In this document: positions 48,740 through 58,825 of the stretch, in pieces | How the letters are laid out: every line of letters begins with the position of its first letter | Position numbering within the stretch: the first letter of the stretch is position 1 | Assembly (NCBI GenBank): GCA_049517415.1 | Contig: JBEKSC010000001.1 | Location: forward strand, 1-64,000 | Direction: 5' to 3' | From: Candidatus Bathyarchaeia archaeon | Lineage (GTDB): Archaea; Thermoproteota; Bathyarchaeia; 40CM-2-53-6 | DNA: 64,000 nucleotides | Notes under the pieces: generated by a model | What the model saw: the letters and a program-made list of their open reading frames with translations, nothing else | What the model was told of the DNA's origin: nothing | The model's database searches: none | Position numbers and translations under genes: made by a program

Positions 48740-49927
48740 TCATCCAGATTGCTCCATCAGCGATCGCGGATTCTCAAGAAGCCCTCTAACATTATTGAGA
48801 AACTTCGCTGCTGGAACACCGTCTATAATTCTGTGGTCGAATATCAGTGACAGAATAGCGCGAGGTCTAATCTTGATCGATTCACCCAACGCAACTGGTT
48901 TCCTGATAGTCTGTCCTACTGCGAGGATCGCAGCTTGTGGAGGATTGATTATCGGAGCAAAGAGCTCAACGCCCTCACTGCCCAAATTTGTAACAGTGAA
49001 CGTCCCTCCAGTCAGTTCATGGATACTTAACGTGCCAGAGATCGCCATTTCCCGGAGGTCTGAAATTCTTTTCGAGATCGCGGCTAGACTTAACTTTTCC
49101 GGACCGAAAATTACCGGCGCCGTCAGTCCTCTTGGAGTATCTATCGCCACAGCGATGTTAATGTCGTCGTAGACCTTGATACTGTCATCCTCAAGAGAGG
49201 AATTCAATATCGCGTGTTGCCGGAGGGCAAGGGCAACTGCCTTTACCACGAAAGTAGTCACTGAAACAGTCTCTCCAGTCTTGTCGCGAGCCTCCTTGAG
49301 AGCTTCCATATCCGCTTCCATGGTCACCATCACAGGGACGGTTGAACGGAAACTATAGGCCAAGCGTTCTGCCACTGTCTTTCGTATTCCCTCGAGCGGA
49401 ATAGTTTCTTTGACTTTCAAGCCGACTGCAGCCCGCATTTGGGGAACGGTTTTTTTGCGTTCGACGACCTTCAGCACATCTTCAGTCTGAACTCTTCCAT
49501 GTGGACCCGTACCGATTACCTCGGCAAGGTCAATTCCGTGTTGCCGTGCCAACGCCCTTGCTGCTGGCGAGGCTCGAATCTCACGCGATTGTAACTCTGG
49601 TTGTCTCGCCGGTGAGGAAGTCTCCTGCGAAGGACTGGGCTGCAATGGGTGTATCTGCACTCCAATTTGATCGGGTATCTTTTCACCCGCCTCTCCAAGG
49701 ATTCCCACGATCTCGCCAACAGGTATGTCTGAGCCTGACTGGCCGATTATCTTCAACAGTATCCCTGAGCCAGGGGCTTCGATCTCGAAAGTTGTTTTCT
49801 CTCCTTCTACCAGAACGATTGGTTCTCCCTTAACGACAGCGTCGTTCTCCTTTCTTAGCCATTCAAGAATCCTTCCTGATTGCATTGCAGCGTCTATGCG
49901 TGGCATTACTATTTCATTCACAATCAC
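48740..49927 (-). CDS. Dihydrolipoamide acyltransferase E2
   Basis: Lipoyl domain (EGEK), ASPAAR...GTGPHGR, DHRIIDG. Confidence 0.95.
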   Translation of the reverse strand: MIVNEIVMPRIDAAMQSGRILEWLRKENDAVVKGEPIVLVEGEKTTFEIEAPGSGILLKIIGQSGSDIPVGEIVGILGEAGEKIPDQIGVQIHPLQPSPSQETSSPARQPELQSREIRASPAARALARQHGIDLAEVIGTGPHGRVQTEDVLKVVERKKTVPQMRAAVGLKVKETIPLEGIRKTVAERLAYSFRSTVPVMVTMEADMEALKEARDKTGETVSVTTFVVKAVALALRQHAILNSSLEDDSIKVYDDINIAVAIDTPRGLTAPVIFGPEKLSLAAISKRISDLREMAISGTLSIHELTGGTFTVTNLGSEGVELFAPIINPPQAAILAVGQTIRKPVALGESIKIRPRAILSLIFDHRIIDGVPAAKFLNNVRGLLENPRSLMEQSG

Positions 49928-49965
49928 TCCCTCCCCATCAATAGTGCGACGGCAATAGTCGGAAT

Positions 49966-50490
49966 TTAATGTATTGTACTATACGCCACATTCGAGAAGA
50001 GCGACGACTGGACAACGGCACCATATCTAAATTTCGACCCATGAAATCTCGCTGAAAACAAAGCCGGCACAAATGAATTGAGGCAGGAAAATGACCAATA
50101 GCCGGTTGTTACTTCAAGCATCTCAGAAGAATGAGTAAGGGATTCGATCGTTGTCTCCGCTAGGTGAGACGTAAAAATCACATTGTATAATTTGGTCAAA
50201 ATGCGGTTCTTGTCTAATGGTCCATCCCAGAAGCAATCAAGGACCGCACCGGAAATTCTCTCTTCTCTAAGGGCTTTGCAAAGAGCATTCTCGTCGATTA
50301 GTCCTGCTTTCGCCGCGTCGATCAGGTAGCTGGTCAGCTTCATTAGGGAGATTAGCTTCTCTCCGATGATGCCTTCTGTTTCCTTGGTCAACCCGGAATG
50401 AATGCAGACGTAAACTGACTCTTGGAAGAGCCCTTCGATGGACGTTGGTTCAGCCTTGATCATTCCGTCTCCAATTATCGCAATCTTCAC
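49966..50490 (-). pseudogene. Internally deleted D-2-hydroxyacid dehydrogenase remnant
   Basis: Degenerate H..LT.ET, LID.AKAGLIDE.AL, GAVLD.F, TSHLA; most of the substrate and Rossmann region is missing. Confidence 0.75.
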
Positions 50491-50589
50491 CAGCTTCTCC
50501 TATTCGAAATAGTAAGGCAACACAAACAGAGATCGATGTGCCTCGGAGTTCGTCAATGTTGATTCCCCTTGTTGGAAGGGTCTGGTCCC

Positions 50590-52590
50590 TTACATGGTCT
50601 GTTTCATTTTTGGAGATTGATTGCTTTGAATTTCTGGCAGTATTTTCTTAAAATACTCTAGCGATTGTGGATTGGCTAATGCGTCTCTGTTTGTTACGGG
50701 TTTGTCGTTTATTATGTTCCTGACAGCACTCTCAACTTTCTTCATGTTGAAGGTGTAAGGGATGCTTGGGGTATCGAGGATTAGTGCAGGGACGTGTCTC
50801 GGTGAAGCGCCTTCGCGAAGCGCTTTTCTAATTTTGTTTTTTAGCTCTTCGGTTAGGCTGAATCCGGGTGTAAGTTGAACGAAGAGGATTACGCGCTGGT
50901 CACCTTTCCAATCCTGTCCCACAACAAGGCTGTCAGCTATTTCTTGGAATTGCTCTACTATGTTGTAGATTTCAGAAGTACCTATGCGCACTCCGGATGG
51001 TTTCAGGACGTTGTCCGAACGGCCTAGGAAGGTTATTCCGCCCGTATCGCGGTGGACAATAATGTAGTCCCCGTGCCGCCACACGTTCTTCCCGAAAGCT
51101 CGGTAGAAGTTGAAGTACGCCTCATTGTACTTGTCACCCTTCGGATCATTCCAAAAGTAAAGCGGCATAGAGGGAGACGGTCTTTCGCAGACGAGTTCTC
51201 CCTCCTGATCAACCACTGAGTTGCCTTTTTCATCGTATGCTTTCACCCTCATTGCCAATGCGGGCGCTTGCAATTCACCAGCATACACAGGCAGGATAGG
51301 GTTTCCGACAGCAAATAGACTATTGATATCAGTCCCTCCCGTAATCGAATTGAAATGGAGATCCTGTTTGATTTCTCGGTAGATCCACTCACATCCTTCA
51401 GCCGAAAGAACTGAGCCGGTCTGTGATATTTCTCGTAATGATGACAGGTCGAAGGACTTGCCTGGTTTGGCTCCGACCGTTCTGAGATAGTTGATATATG
51501 TTGCACTGCAGCCGAAGATGGTTATCATCTCATCCTGAACGAGCTTCCACATCGTCCCCCAGTCTGGATAGTTGGGGTTACCGTCGTAGAGTAGTACGGT
51601 GGCTCCAACAGCCAATGAGCTCATCAGCCAGTTCCACATCATCCAGCTCGCAGTAGTAATGTAAGTAATCTTGTCTTGCCGTTTCAGATCGGTGTGGAGT
51701 AAGAGATCCCTCAGATGGCTTAGGAGTACACCGCCGGCTCCTTGTACCATGCACTTTGGCTTGCCAGTTGTTCCCGAGGAGAACATGATGTAGACGGGAT
51801 GGTCGAAAGGCAGCTGCTGGAAGTGGATGTCGGACACGTCCTCGGATGAGATGATATTGTTGTAGAGCACACAGTTTGGTATGTTGGCGGTATCAGGTTT
51901 CTCGTTTAGATACGGAATAGCGATCACATGTTCTAACGAAGGAATTCCCCGGGCAACCCTTTCGGCGTAAGCTAACCTGTCGAAAACTTTGTTTCCATAA
52001 AAGTATCCGTCGGCCGTAAAGAGGACCTTAGGCTCGACCTGACAGAAACGATCCAAAACAGCTGTCGGCCCAAGTTCAGTCCCACAGGAAGCCCAAACAG
52101 CTCCAATACTTGTAGCGGCAAGCATGGCGACAACCGTTTCGATCATGTTTGGAACGTAGGCACACACCCTATCCCCCGGTGCAACTCCCTGCCGGACCAG
52201 CCACTTTGCCAGCACTGCAACTTGAGCATACAATTCTCCGTAGGTCATCTGGGCTGTCTTCTGCGTCTCGCCTCTGAACAAAAACGCAAAATGATCGTCC
52301 CTATGCCTCAATAGGTTCTGAGCGAAATTCAGTTTTGTACCTGGAAACCATTTTGCACCGGGAAATGTGGTTAGGTCGTCAACCACTTTTTCATAACTGC
52401 GACTAGAGACTATGCCCCCAAATTCCCACATGGCCGCCCAGAAGTCAGGAATTTTCTCAACAGACCACTCCTGCAGCTGCCAATAGTTCTGAATCGTAAG
52501 TCCGTACTTCCTGTTGACGAACTCGACAAAACGGGTAATGTTGGCCTGCCTCACCTGTTCCTTTGAAGGTGTCCAAAGCAATTCTCCCAA
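50590..52590 (-). CDS. Acetoacetate-CoA ligase
   Basis: IMFSSGTTGKPKC, WMMWNW, GGTDI, GRSD. Confidence 0.95.
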   Translation of the reverse strand: MGELLWTPSKEQVRQANITRFVEFVNRKYGLTIQNYWQLQEWSVEKIPDFWAAMWEFGGIVSSRSYEKVVDDLTTFPGAKWFPGTKLNFAQNLLRHRDDHFAFLFRGETQKTAQMTYGELYAQVAVLAKWLVRQGVAPGDRVCAYVPNMIETVVAMLAATSIGAVWASCGTELGPTAVLDRFCQVEPKVLFTADGYFYGNKVFDRLAYAERVARGIPSLEHVIAIPYLNEKPDTANIPNCVLYNNIISSEDVSDIHFQQLPFDHPVYIMFSSGTTGKPKCMVQGAGGVLLSHLRDLLLHTDLKRQDKITYITTASWMMWNWLMSSLAVGATVLLYDGNPNYPDWGTMWKLVQDEMITIFGCSATYINYLRTVGAKPGKSFDLSSLREISQTGSVLSAEGCEWIYREIKQDLHFNSITGGTDINSLFAVGNPILPVYAGELQAPALAMRVKAYDEKGNSVVDQEGELVCERPSPSMPLYFWNDPKGDKYNEAYFNFYRAFGKNVWRHGDYIIVHRDTGGITFLGRSDNVLKPSGVRIGTSEIYNIVEQFQEIADSLVVGQDWKGDQRVILFVQLTPGFSLTEELKNKIRKALREGASPRHVPALILDTPSIPYTFNMKKVESAVRNIINDKPVTNRDALANPQSLEYFKKILPEIQSNQSPKMKQTM

Positions 52591-52710
52591 GAACCTGCCC
52601 CCGTTTCAACTATCGGCGACTACGATTCATCTTGCTATTGAAGAGCTCATTACTCTGTCAGTTTCAACTAACGTTTAAATGATAGTGTTGCTTTGCTTAG
52701 TTTCAACGAA

Positions 52711-52830
52711 GACCGCGTGCGGATACAGTGAAGTTCTGCACAGCGAAACTGGAACGCGGTTTGCCCGTAAACGCGGAAGCTTAGCCGTTCGGTTTTCTAA
52801 AAGCGGTTTACGTAGGAAAGTGTAAACTAG
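52711..52830 (+). promoter_or_regulatory. Structured 5' leader of the DEAD-box helicase
   Basis: TTTAAAT at ~52674; helices GACCGCGT/ACGCGGTT and CGTAAAC/GTTTACG, each with an alternative partner. Confidence 0.5.
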
Positions 52831-52832
52831 GA

Positions 52833-54020
52833 ATGCAAAGTTTCGAAGAACTCCCGATAAAGGGAGAGATACTCCGCAGCCTCAGGGAACTCGGTTTTGA
52901 AGAGATGTTCCCAATTCAGGCTGCAGCAATTGGCCCTCTGCTTGATGGCAGAGATGTAATAGGCCAAGCGAAAACTGGTACAGGTAAGACTGCCGCTTTC
53001 GGCGTACCTATGATTCAGAGAATTGATGGGTCCGTGGATGCGGTGCAAGCGCTTATTCTTGTCCCGACCCGTGAACTAGCCGTTCAAGTCGCATCAGACC
53101 TGAACAGATATGGGAAATACCTCTCAGTACGAACGCTCGCAGTTTATGGTGGCCAACCAATCTACAGCCAGATGGAAGCACTTCAAAGCACCGTGCACAT
53201 CGTGGTTGGGACACCGGGTAGAATCATCGACCACCTCCGAAGAGGCACTCTACTAATCGACCAAGCAACGTTTGTCGTCCTCGACGAAGCCGACCGCATG
53301 CTCGACATGGGTTTCATCGACGACATAGAGTTCATACTCCGAAGGACAGCCAACGAAAAGCAGACGGCAATGTTCTCCGCTACCATGCCCGACGAAATCC
53401 TCGAATTGGCGTCGAGGCACATGTACAATGCTGAGAAAATACTGGTCAGCAGAGACGAGATAGCGGTTGAAGAAATAGACCAACTCTACCGCGTAGTAGA
53501 CCCAGAACGTAAGTTCCAAGCACTCTGCGACATAATGGACGACAAAACAGTTCAGCGTGCTTTGATTTTCTGCTCCACCAAGATAGGCGCGGATCGGATT
53601 GGATATAGACTGAGCCGAAACCGGCGTGACGTCGCTGTAATACACGGTGATCTGACGCAGGCGCAACGCGAACGAGCGTTGGAGGATTTCCGAAGAGGCC
53701 GTGCGCGATTCCTGGTGGCAACGGATGTTGCCTCACGGGGCTTGGATATTGAAGGCATCACGCATGTCGTGAATTATGACCTACCCAACGACCCTCTGCT
53801 TTACTTCCATAGAATTGGCAGGACCGGCAGGGCTGGAGCCAGCGGAATTGCGGTGACGCTCGTTTCTCGACGGGAAATGACTGATTTGAAACGCATTCAA
53901 GGCATGACAGGTACCCGAATGCACGAGATAGGGGAACGACTGAGACCGCAGAGCGTTAGAACCATCCAACCAAGCTTGCATCAACCTTCATGGTCGGACG
54001 GCTTCAAAAGCCAACGTTGA
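52833..54020 (+). CDS. DEAD-box RNA helicase
   Basis: TGTGKT, PTRELA, DEAD, SAT, HRIGRTGR. Confidence 0.97.
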   Translation: MQSFEELPIKGEILRSLRELGFEEMFPIQAAAIGPLLDGRDVIGQAKTGTGKTAAFGVPMIQRIDGSVDAVQALILVPTRELAVQVASDLNRYGKYLSVRTLAVYGGQPIYSQMEALQSTVHIVVGTPGRIIDHLRRGTLLIDQATFVVLDEADRMLDMGFIDDIEFILRRTANEKQTAMFSATMPDEILELASRHMYNAEKILVSRDEIAVEEIDQLYRVVDPERKFQALCDIMDDKTVQRALIFCSTKIGADRIGYRLSRNRRDVAVIHGDLTQAQRERALEDFRRGRARFLVATDVASRGLDIEGITHVVNYDLPNDPLLYFHRIGRTGRAGASGIAVTLVSRREMTDLKRIQGMTGTRMHEIGERLRPQSVRTIQPSLHQPSWSDGFKSQR

Positions 54021-54101
54021 ATAACAACGGGGCAAATTGCAATCACGAGAGTGAAATAGACGGGCCGTCGACAATTCCGTAATAGAAACGTACGCACCGA
54101 G

Positions 54102-54245
54102 ATGAAGACGCTCGAATGTCTTCGATGCCATCGACAAATCAGGCTCGACGAATACAAAACGCACATCACAAAGTGCGGACTGGCAGAACAGCCCATCCCA
54201 GCGGCCGAGGTGGCGACGCAAGCGCCTTCCGCTCAACAACCCTGA
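54102..54245 (+). CDS. 47-aa C2HC zinc-finger microprotein
   Basis: Hand translation MKTLECLRCHRQIRLDEYKTHITKCGLAEQPIPAAEVATQAPSAQQP. Confidence 0.6.
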   Translation: MKTLECLRCHRQIRLDEYKTHITKCGLAEQPIPAAEVATQAPSAQQP

Positions 54246-54309
54246 AAGGCGCCAAACCAAATCCTTTCTTTTCCGTTTTGAAATCTACTACTCAACGATT
54301 CGTTGAACG

Positions 54310-55308
54310 TCAGCGAAGGTACTCAGCCTCACCTTTTTGAGATTCAAGAAAAGTCCGTAACGCATCCATACTCGGTATGTTCTCATAATCGCCTCTGACG
54401 CCTACAACCAACGCTGCCGTCGCCAAAGCTGCCCGCAAACTGTCCTGCAGCATCCAACCTTTCAACTGGGTTGATAGAAATGTTGCCGCGAAAGAATCGC
54501 CCGCACCTGTTGGATCCTCAACGCTCGCATGGATCATGGGTTGAGTCACGGTCTCGCCTTTAGAGCTAGCAAACGCCCCCTTGTCTCCGAGCTTGATTAC
54601 TACAGTCTTGACGCCGCTTTTGTGTAGAGCTTTAGCTATTTCTGCAGGTTCGTCGAGGCCTAGGATTATCCTTGCGTCCGGTAGGCTCGTGAAGAGTATA
54701 TCCGCCATATTGCATACCGGGAGTAGGGTAGTTCTTGCCACTGCCTCGGTCCAAAGTTTAATGCGAATGTTTGTATCCAGTGAGACCATCACCTTGTTTT
54801 CTTTCGCGAGTTTCACAGCCGCTGTTGTTGCCTCTTTGGCGCTGTCGCTAAGTGCAGGAGTTATTCCGGAAACATGAAGGATCTTTGCTGAACCAATGTA
54901 TTTCGTGTCTAGATCTTTGGAACTGAGTTTGCTTCCAGCTGAATTGTGGCGGTAATAGTATGCCTCACTTCTGTCAGGAATCGGAAAACCACGTTGAATG
55001 AAGAAGATTCCAGTCGGAAAATCCTTGTCGACGGAGACATGAGACGTGTCCACGTTTTCTCCCTTAAGCGTCGCCATGAGGAAGAGGCCGAATTCATCAT
55101 CACCAACCCTCGTGATTATCCCGGAAGTGCAGCCGAGCCTTGAGGCCCCGATCGCTACGTTCCCCTCGGCGCCTGCCGCATGTTTTTCGAAGAGACACAC
55201 ACTCCTCAATGGGCCACGGTTAACAGCGTTGAGTTCAACCATAACTTCACCTATACAGACAATGTCGAGCAACTTCCCCCCTCCATACATCCCATCTCGC
55301 TGAGGCAA
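54310..55308 (-). CDS. PfkB-family sugar kinase (KDG kinase-like)
   Basis: AGAEGNVA, DTNIR..LW, DPTGAGDSF. Confidence 0.93.
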   Translation of the reverse strand: MPQRDGMYGGGKLLDIVCIGEVMVELNAVNRGPLRSVCLFEKHAAGAEGNVAIGASRLGCTSGIITRVGDDEFGLFLMATLKGENVDTSHVSVDKDFPTGIFFIQRGFPIPDRSEAYYYRHNSAGSKLSSKDLDTKYIGSAKILHVSGITPALSDSAKEATTAAVKLAKENKVMVSLDTNIRIKLWTEAVARTTLLPVCNMADILFTSLPDARIILGLDEPAEIAKALHKSGVKTVVIKLGDKGAFASSKGETVTQPMIHASVEDPTGAGDSFAATFLSTQLKGWMLQDSLRAALATAALVVGVRGDYENIPSMDALRTFLESQKGEAEYLR

Positions 55309-55345
55309 ATCGAACTATTCAAAATATGCGTAGGATAAGATAGAC

Positions 55346-56356
55346 ATGTGGAAAGCGGTGGCGCGGGGAGAGTTGACTTCACTTAGAGATCTGGGTGAGC
55401 TAGGCATAATTCGTATCATGGAACGTTCACTCGGCACTAATCGGAATACCGTTGTCGGTTTCGGCGATGATGTTTCCGCAGTGAAACTGGCAAACGGAAA
55501 AGTTGCGATTCTGAAAACAGACATGCTCGTCGGCAGCACCGATATCCCGCCGGGTATGACAATGCGCCAGGTAGCTCGCAAAGCGGTTGTGGCAAACGTT
55601 AGCGACCTCGCAGCCAAAGGAGTCCGGCCTCTGGCGGGGCTCGTCGCGCTAGGGTTACCAGCCACTCTAAGAAGAAAAGATGTTCAGGAAATTGCTGCCG
55701 GACTAAGTTTCGCTGCGATGCAGTACCAGTTCCCACTCGTGGGTGGAGACACCAATGAATCAAATGACCTGACAATATCGATAGCCCTATTCGCGATCGC
55801 CCGCAAAGAACAGCTCATTCTTCGTTCCGGTGCACGAGTTGGTGATATCGTTGCGGTTAGCGGCGAATTTGGGTCTGCCTCGGCGGGACTGAAGGCACTG
55901 CTCCAGTACGGGATCCGCCCCGCTAAATTACCGCGCCCGATGTATCAAGCTGTTTACAACCCTCGCGCCGAACTAGACCTCGGGCTTAGGTTAGGCGCCT
56001 CAGGAGCCCTGACTGCGTCTATCGATTCAAGTGATGGGTTGGCTTGGAGCCTTCACGAGTTGTCGAGAGCTAGCGGCGTCGGAATCAGGATTGATGATGT
56101 TCCCGTAAGCAAGGCTGCGGAGCAGTTTGCGGCTCTTCATCGCTACAGGGCGAGAGACCTCGCCCTCTACGGTGGAGAGGAATATTGCCTTGTGGTCACA
56201 GTGAAACCTGAGAGGTTCAGGCCTGCACAAAAGGCTGCGCGCGGAAAATTGAGGGAAATCGGCGTCGTAACAAGGAAATCTGTTGGAGTACGTTTACGGC
56301 TGGCCGGGGGAGATGTGAAAGTAGCGATGAAGGGCTGGGAACATTTCAGGCGTTAA
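55346..56356 (+). CDS. thiL: Thiamine-monophosphate kinase
   Basis: GFGDD, NVSDLAAKG, GGDT, DSSDGL, GGEEY. Confidence 0.95.
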   Translation: MWKAVARGELTSLRDLGELGIIRIMERSLGTNRNTVVGFGDDVSAVKLANGKVAILKTDMLVGSTDIPPGMTMRQVARKAVVANVSDLAAKGVRPLAGLVALGLPATLRRKDVQEIAAGLSFAAMQYQFPLVGGDTNESNDLTISIALFAIARKEQLILRSGARVGDIVAVSGEFGSASAGLKALLQYGIRPAKLPRPMYQAVYNPRAELDLGLRLGASGALTASIDSSDGLAWSLHELSRASGVGIRIDDVPVSKAAEQFAALHRYRARDLALYGGEEYCLVVTVKPERFRPAQKAARGKLREIGVVTRKSVGVRLRLAGGDVKVAMKGWEHFRR

Positions 56357-56401
56357 AGATATAGTCAATGACTTAGATTCGCATCCTCTAGAGATAGAAA
56401 C

Positions 56402-57037
56402 ATGAAGTTCAACGTGCCTTACTATGCGCAGAGCTCGGATTTCACTTGCGGCCCCGCCTGCGTGTTAATGGTAATGAAACATTTCGAACGGGACCTTGAA
56501 ATCGGCCGCGAACTTGAATTTGAGGTGTGGCGCCAATGCAACATGATTGGCATAAAGGGTGCTGACCCGTTCGGACTCTCTGTGCCGTTAATCGACTCAG
56601 GCTACGACGTGCGGCTGATAACGCAGCGCAGTAGGACAGTTAACTACGATGCATGGAAACGGAGGTTGCTCAGGATTTTCTCGTCCGAAGAGATCGAACT
56701 CAGTATATTCGGTATGAAGGAAAACCGACAGAGAGCCCTCAGGAGGAGATTGCCGGTCACGTACAAACGGCCCGTCGTTGCGGATATCTTGCGAGGAGTT
56801 CGTGGTAATCAAGTTCCTATAGCCCTTGTGCATATGGGGGTCATACACTCGCTCAATATTCCCCATTGGGTCGTTGTAACCGACGCTGATGAAGAGTTCG
56901 TCGTTTTCAACGACCCCTACCCACCAAAGGGGCGAAAAGGACTCAGGCTCTCCCACGTTAAATTCCAGAAAATTCTCGACGACATTGGGACGAGGATAGG
57001 GCTAAGCCCGTCGATTCTGTTCGTTAAGAAACGGTAG
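56402..57037 (+). CDS. Peptidase C39-like protein
   Basis: YYAQSSDFTCGPA, PHWVV, NDP. Confidence 0.85.
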   Translation: MKFNVPYYAQSSDFTCGPACVLMVMKHFERDLEIGRELEFEVWRQCNMIGIKGADPFGLSVPLIDSGYDVRLITQRSRTVNYDAWKRRLLRIFSSEEIELSIFGMKENRQRALRRRLPVTYKRPVVADILRGVRGNQVPIALVHMGVIHSLNIPHWVVVTDADEEFVVFNDPYPPKGRKGLRLSHVKFQKILDDIGTRIGLSPSILFVKKR

Positions 57038-57120
57038 CCTTGGTCGACGGAAATTCAGTCCCGAGAACCAGCAGCGAGCCTAAAACCTCTGCGAGACATG
57101 CTCGCCCACGATGATACAGT

Positions 57121-58824
57121 ATGGACTTGACGATTCGGCTAGCAGGAGAATCAGGCGACGGCGTCATACTTGCGGGCGAAGTCCTAACATACGCTGTCTC
57201 ACGGATGGGACTGAAAATATTCACTTTTCGAACATATCCTTCATCGGTTCGCGGCGGCCCATGCATGTATCAGCTGAGGGTCAGCGACTGGCATGCTTAC
57301 TCTCAAGGTGACATGCTTGATCTTCTCGTGGCATTCGACACCGAAGCCATTTCCACTCATCTAAAAGACATGAAGCCTGCCGGGGAACTCATCTTCGACG
57401 CAGATCGAACCCCGAAGACTTATTCATCATTACCTAAGCATTCGTTCGGTGTTCCCTTCACGTCCCTCGCCAAAAACCAGGTTGCTTTTCCAAAAGCCAA
57501 GAACATGATCGTGGCAGGATACACGGCCAGCCACGTAGGCATCTCGAAAACCATCTTGGAGGAGGTTGTGAAAGGGAAGCTTGGTTCGCGAGGAGAGGAA
57601 CTTCTCCAAAGAAACCTTACAGCAGTGAACTTGGGATTTGGCCTAGCGCCAAAAGGGAGAGTTCAGAGCTTTCCAAGGGCAATTGCTAACAAGATCGTTC
57701 TTTCAGGCAATCAGGCGATAGTGTTAGGCGCGATTGCGGTCGGTTGCCGTTTCTACGCGGGCTACCCCATCACCCCTGCGAGCGACATTCTTGAGGGCAT
57801 GTCGAAATTCCTTCCAGATTTCGGAGGTATAGCATTCCAAGGAGAAGATGAGATGGCTTCCCTCGGGGCAGCAATAGGCGCGTCGTTTGCGGGAACAAAG
57901 TCGATGACTGCAACATCAGGTCCAGGCCTTTCGCTCATGACAGAAATGATCGGCATGGCCTCGATGGCTGAAGTGCCTGTAGTGATTGTCGACGCGCAAA
58001 GAGGTGGCCCATCAACGGGTTTGCCCACCAAGACCGAGCAGTCGGACCTTGACCATGCGTTGTATGCTGGCCATGGCGACGTGCCCAGAATAGTTATAGC
58101 TCCCGGAAATGTCGAAGACTGCTTCTATCAAACCGTAAGAGCATTCAACCTAGCTGAGCGATACCAGCTCCCAGTTCTTCTCCTTACAGATCAATCACTA
58201 GCTCAACTCACCGAGGGCATGCCTATGCCCGACCTGAAGGCGATAAAAACAATTGACCGAGAAAGAGCGGAAATCGTTGGCAACCGTTTCCGAAGATACG
58301 CGGTCACACACGATGGAATATCACCTATGTCGATACCGGGACAGGCCAACGGGGAATATATTGCTGAAAGTGTTGAGCATGATGAAGATAGTCGACCGAG
58401 CTACCGGCCGCAGGTGCATTCTGAAATGACAGCAAAACGTTTTCGAAAACTTGAAACCGCAGCTATTGAACTTGCGAACGACCCACTAAACGTGAAGGAA
58501 TTACCAGACTCCAAAGCTAAGATTGGTGTAATTGGTTGGGGTTCGACCCAAGGTGCAATCCATGACGCCGTCTTGCGCGCCAGAAGGAACATGATACAGG
58601 TGCGCTGGTTGCAATGCAAGCTCCTAAACCCACTACCCAAAGAACAAATCTCCACCTTCCTCAAAGGCCTCAAGAAAGTCTTGGTTCCGGAACTGAATTA
58701 CTCCGCGCAATTTGCGAAATTGCTCCGACTTAACTTTGCCATCGAGCTAGTTTCCATCAACAAATCCGAAGGGCTACCGTTCACACCAAACGAGATTCTG
58801 CGCAAAATCGAGGAGGTGGCATAA
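57121..58824 (+). CDS. 2-oxoacid:acceptor oxidoreductase alpha subunit (fused gamma-alpha)
   Basis: AGESGDG, YPITPAS, ATSGPG, QRGGPSTGLPTK. Confidence 0.95.
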   Translation: MDLTIRLAGESGDGVILAGEVLTYAVSRMGLKIFTFRTYPSSVRGGPCMYQLRVSDWHAYSQGDMLDLLVAFDTEAISTHLKDMKPAGELIFDADRTPKTYSSLPKHSFGVPFTSLAKNQVAFPKAKNMIVAGYTASHVGISKTILEEVVKGKLGSRGEELLQRNLTAVNLGFGLAPKGRVQSFPRAIANKIVLSGNQAIVLGAIAVGCRFYAGYPITPASDILEGMSKFLPDFGGIAFQGEDEMASLGAAIGASFAGTKSMTATSGPGLSLMTEMIGMASMAEVPVVIVDAQRGGPSTGLPTKTEQSDLDHALYAGHGDVPRIVIAPGNVEDCFYQTVRAFNLAERYQLPVLLLTDQSLAQLTEGMPMPDLKAIKTIDRERAEIVGNRFRRYAVTHDGISPMSIPGQANGEYIAESVEHDEDSRPSYRPQVHSEMTAKRFRKLETAAIELANDPLNVKELPDSKAKIGVIGWGSTQGAIHDAVLRARRNMIQVRWLQCKLLNPLPKEQISTFLKGLKKVLVPELNYSAQFAKLLRLNFAIELVSINKSEGLPFTPNEILRKIEEVA

Positions 58825-58825
58825 G

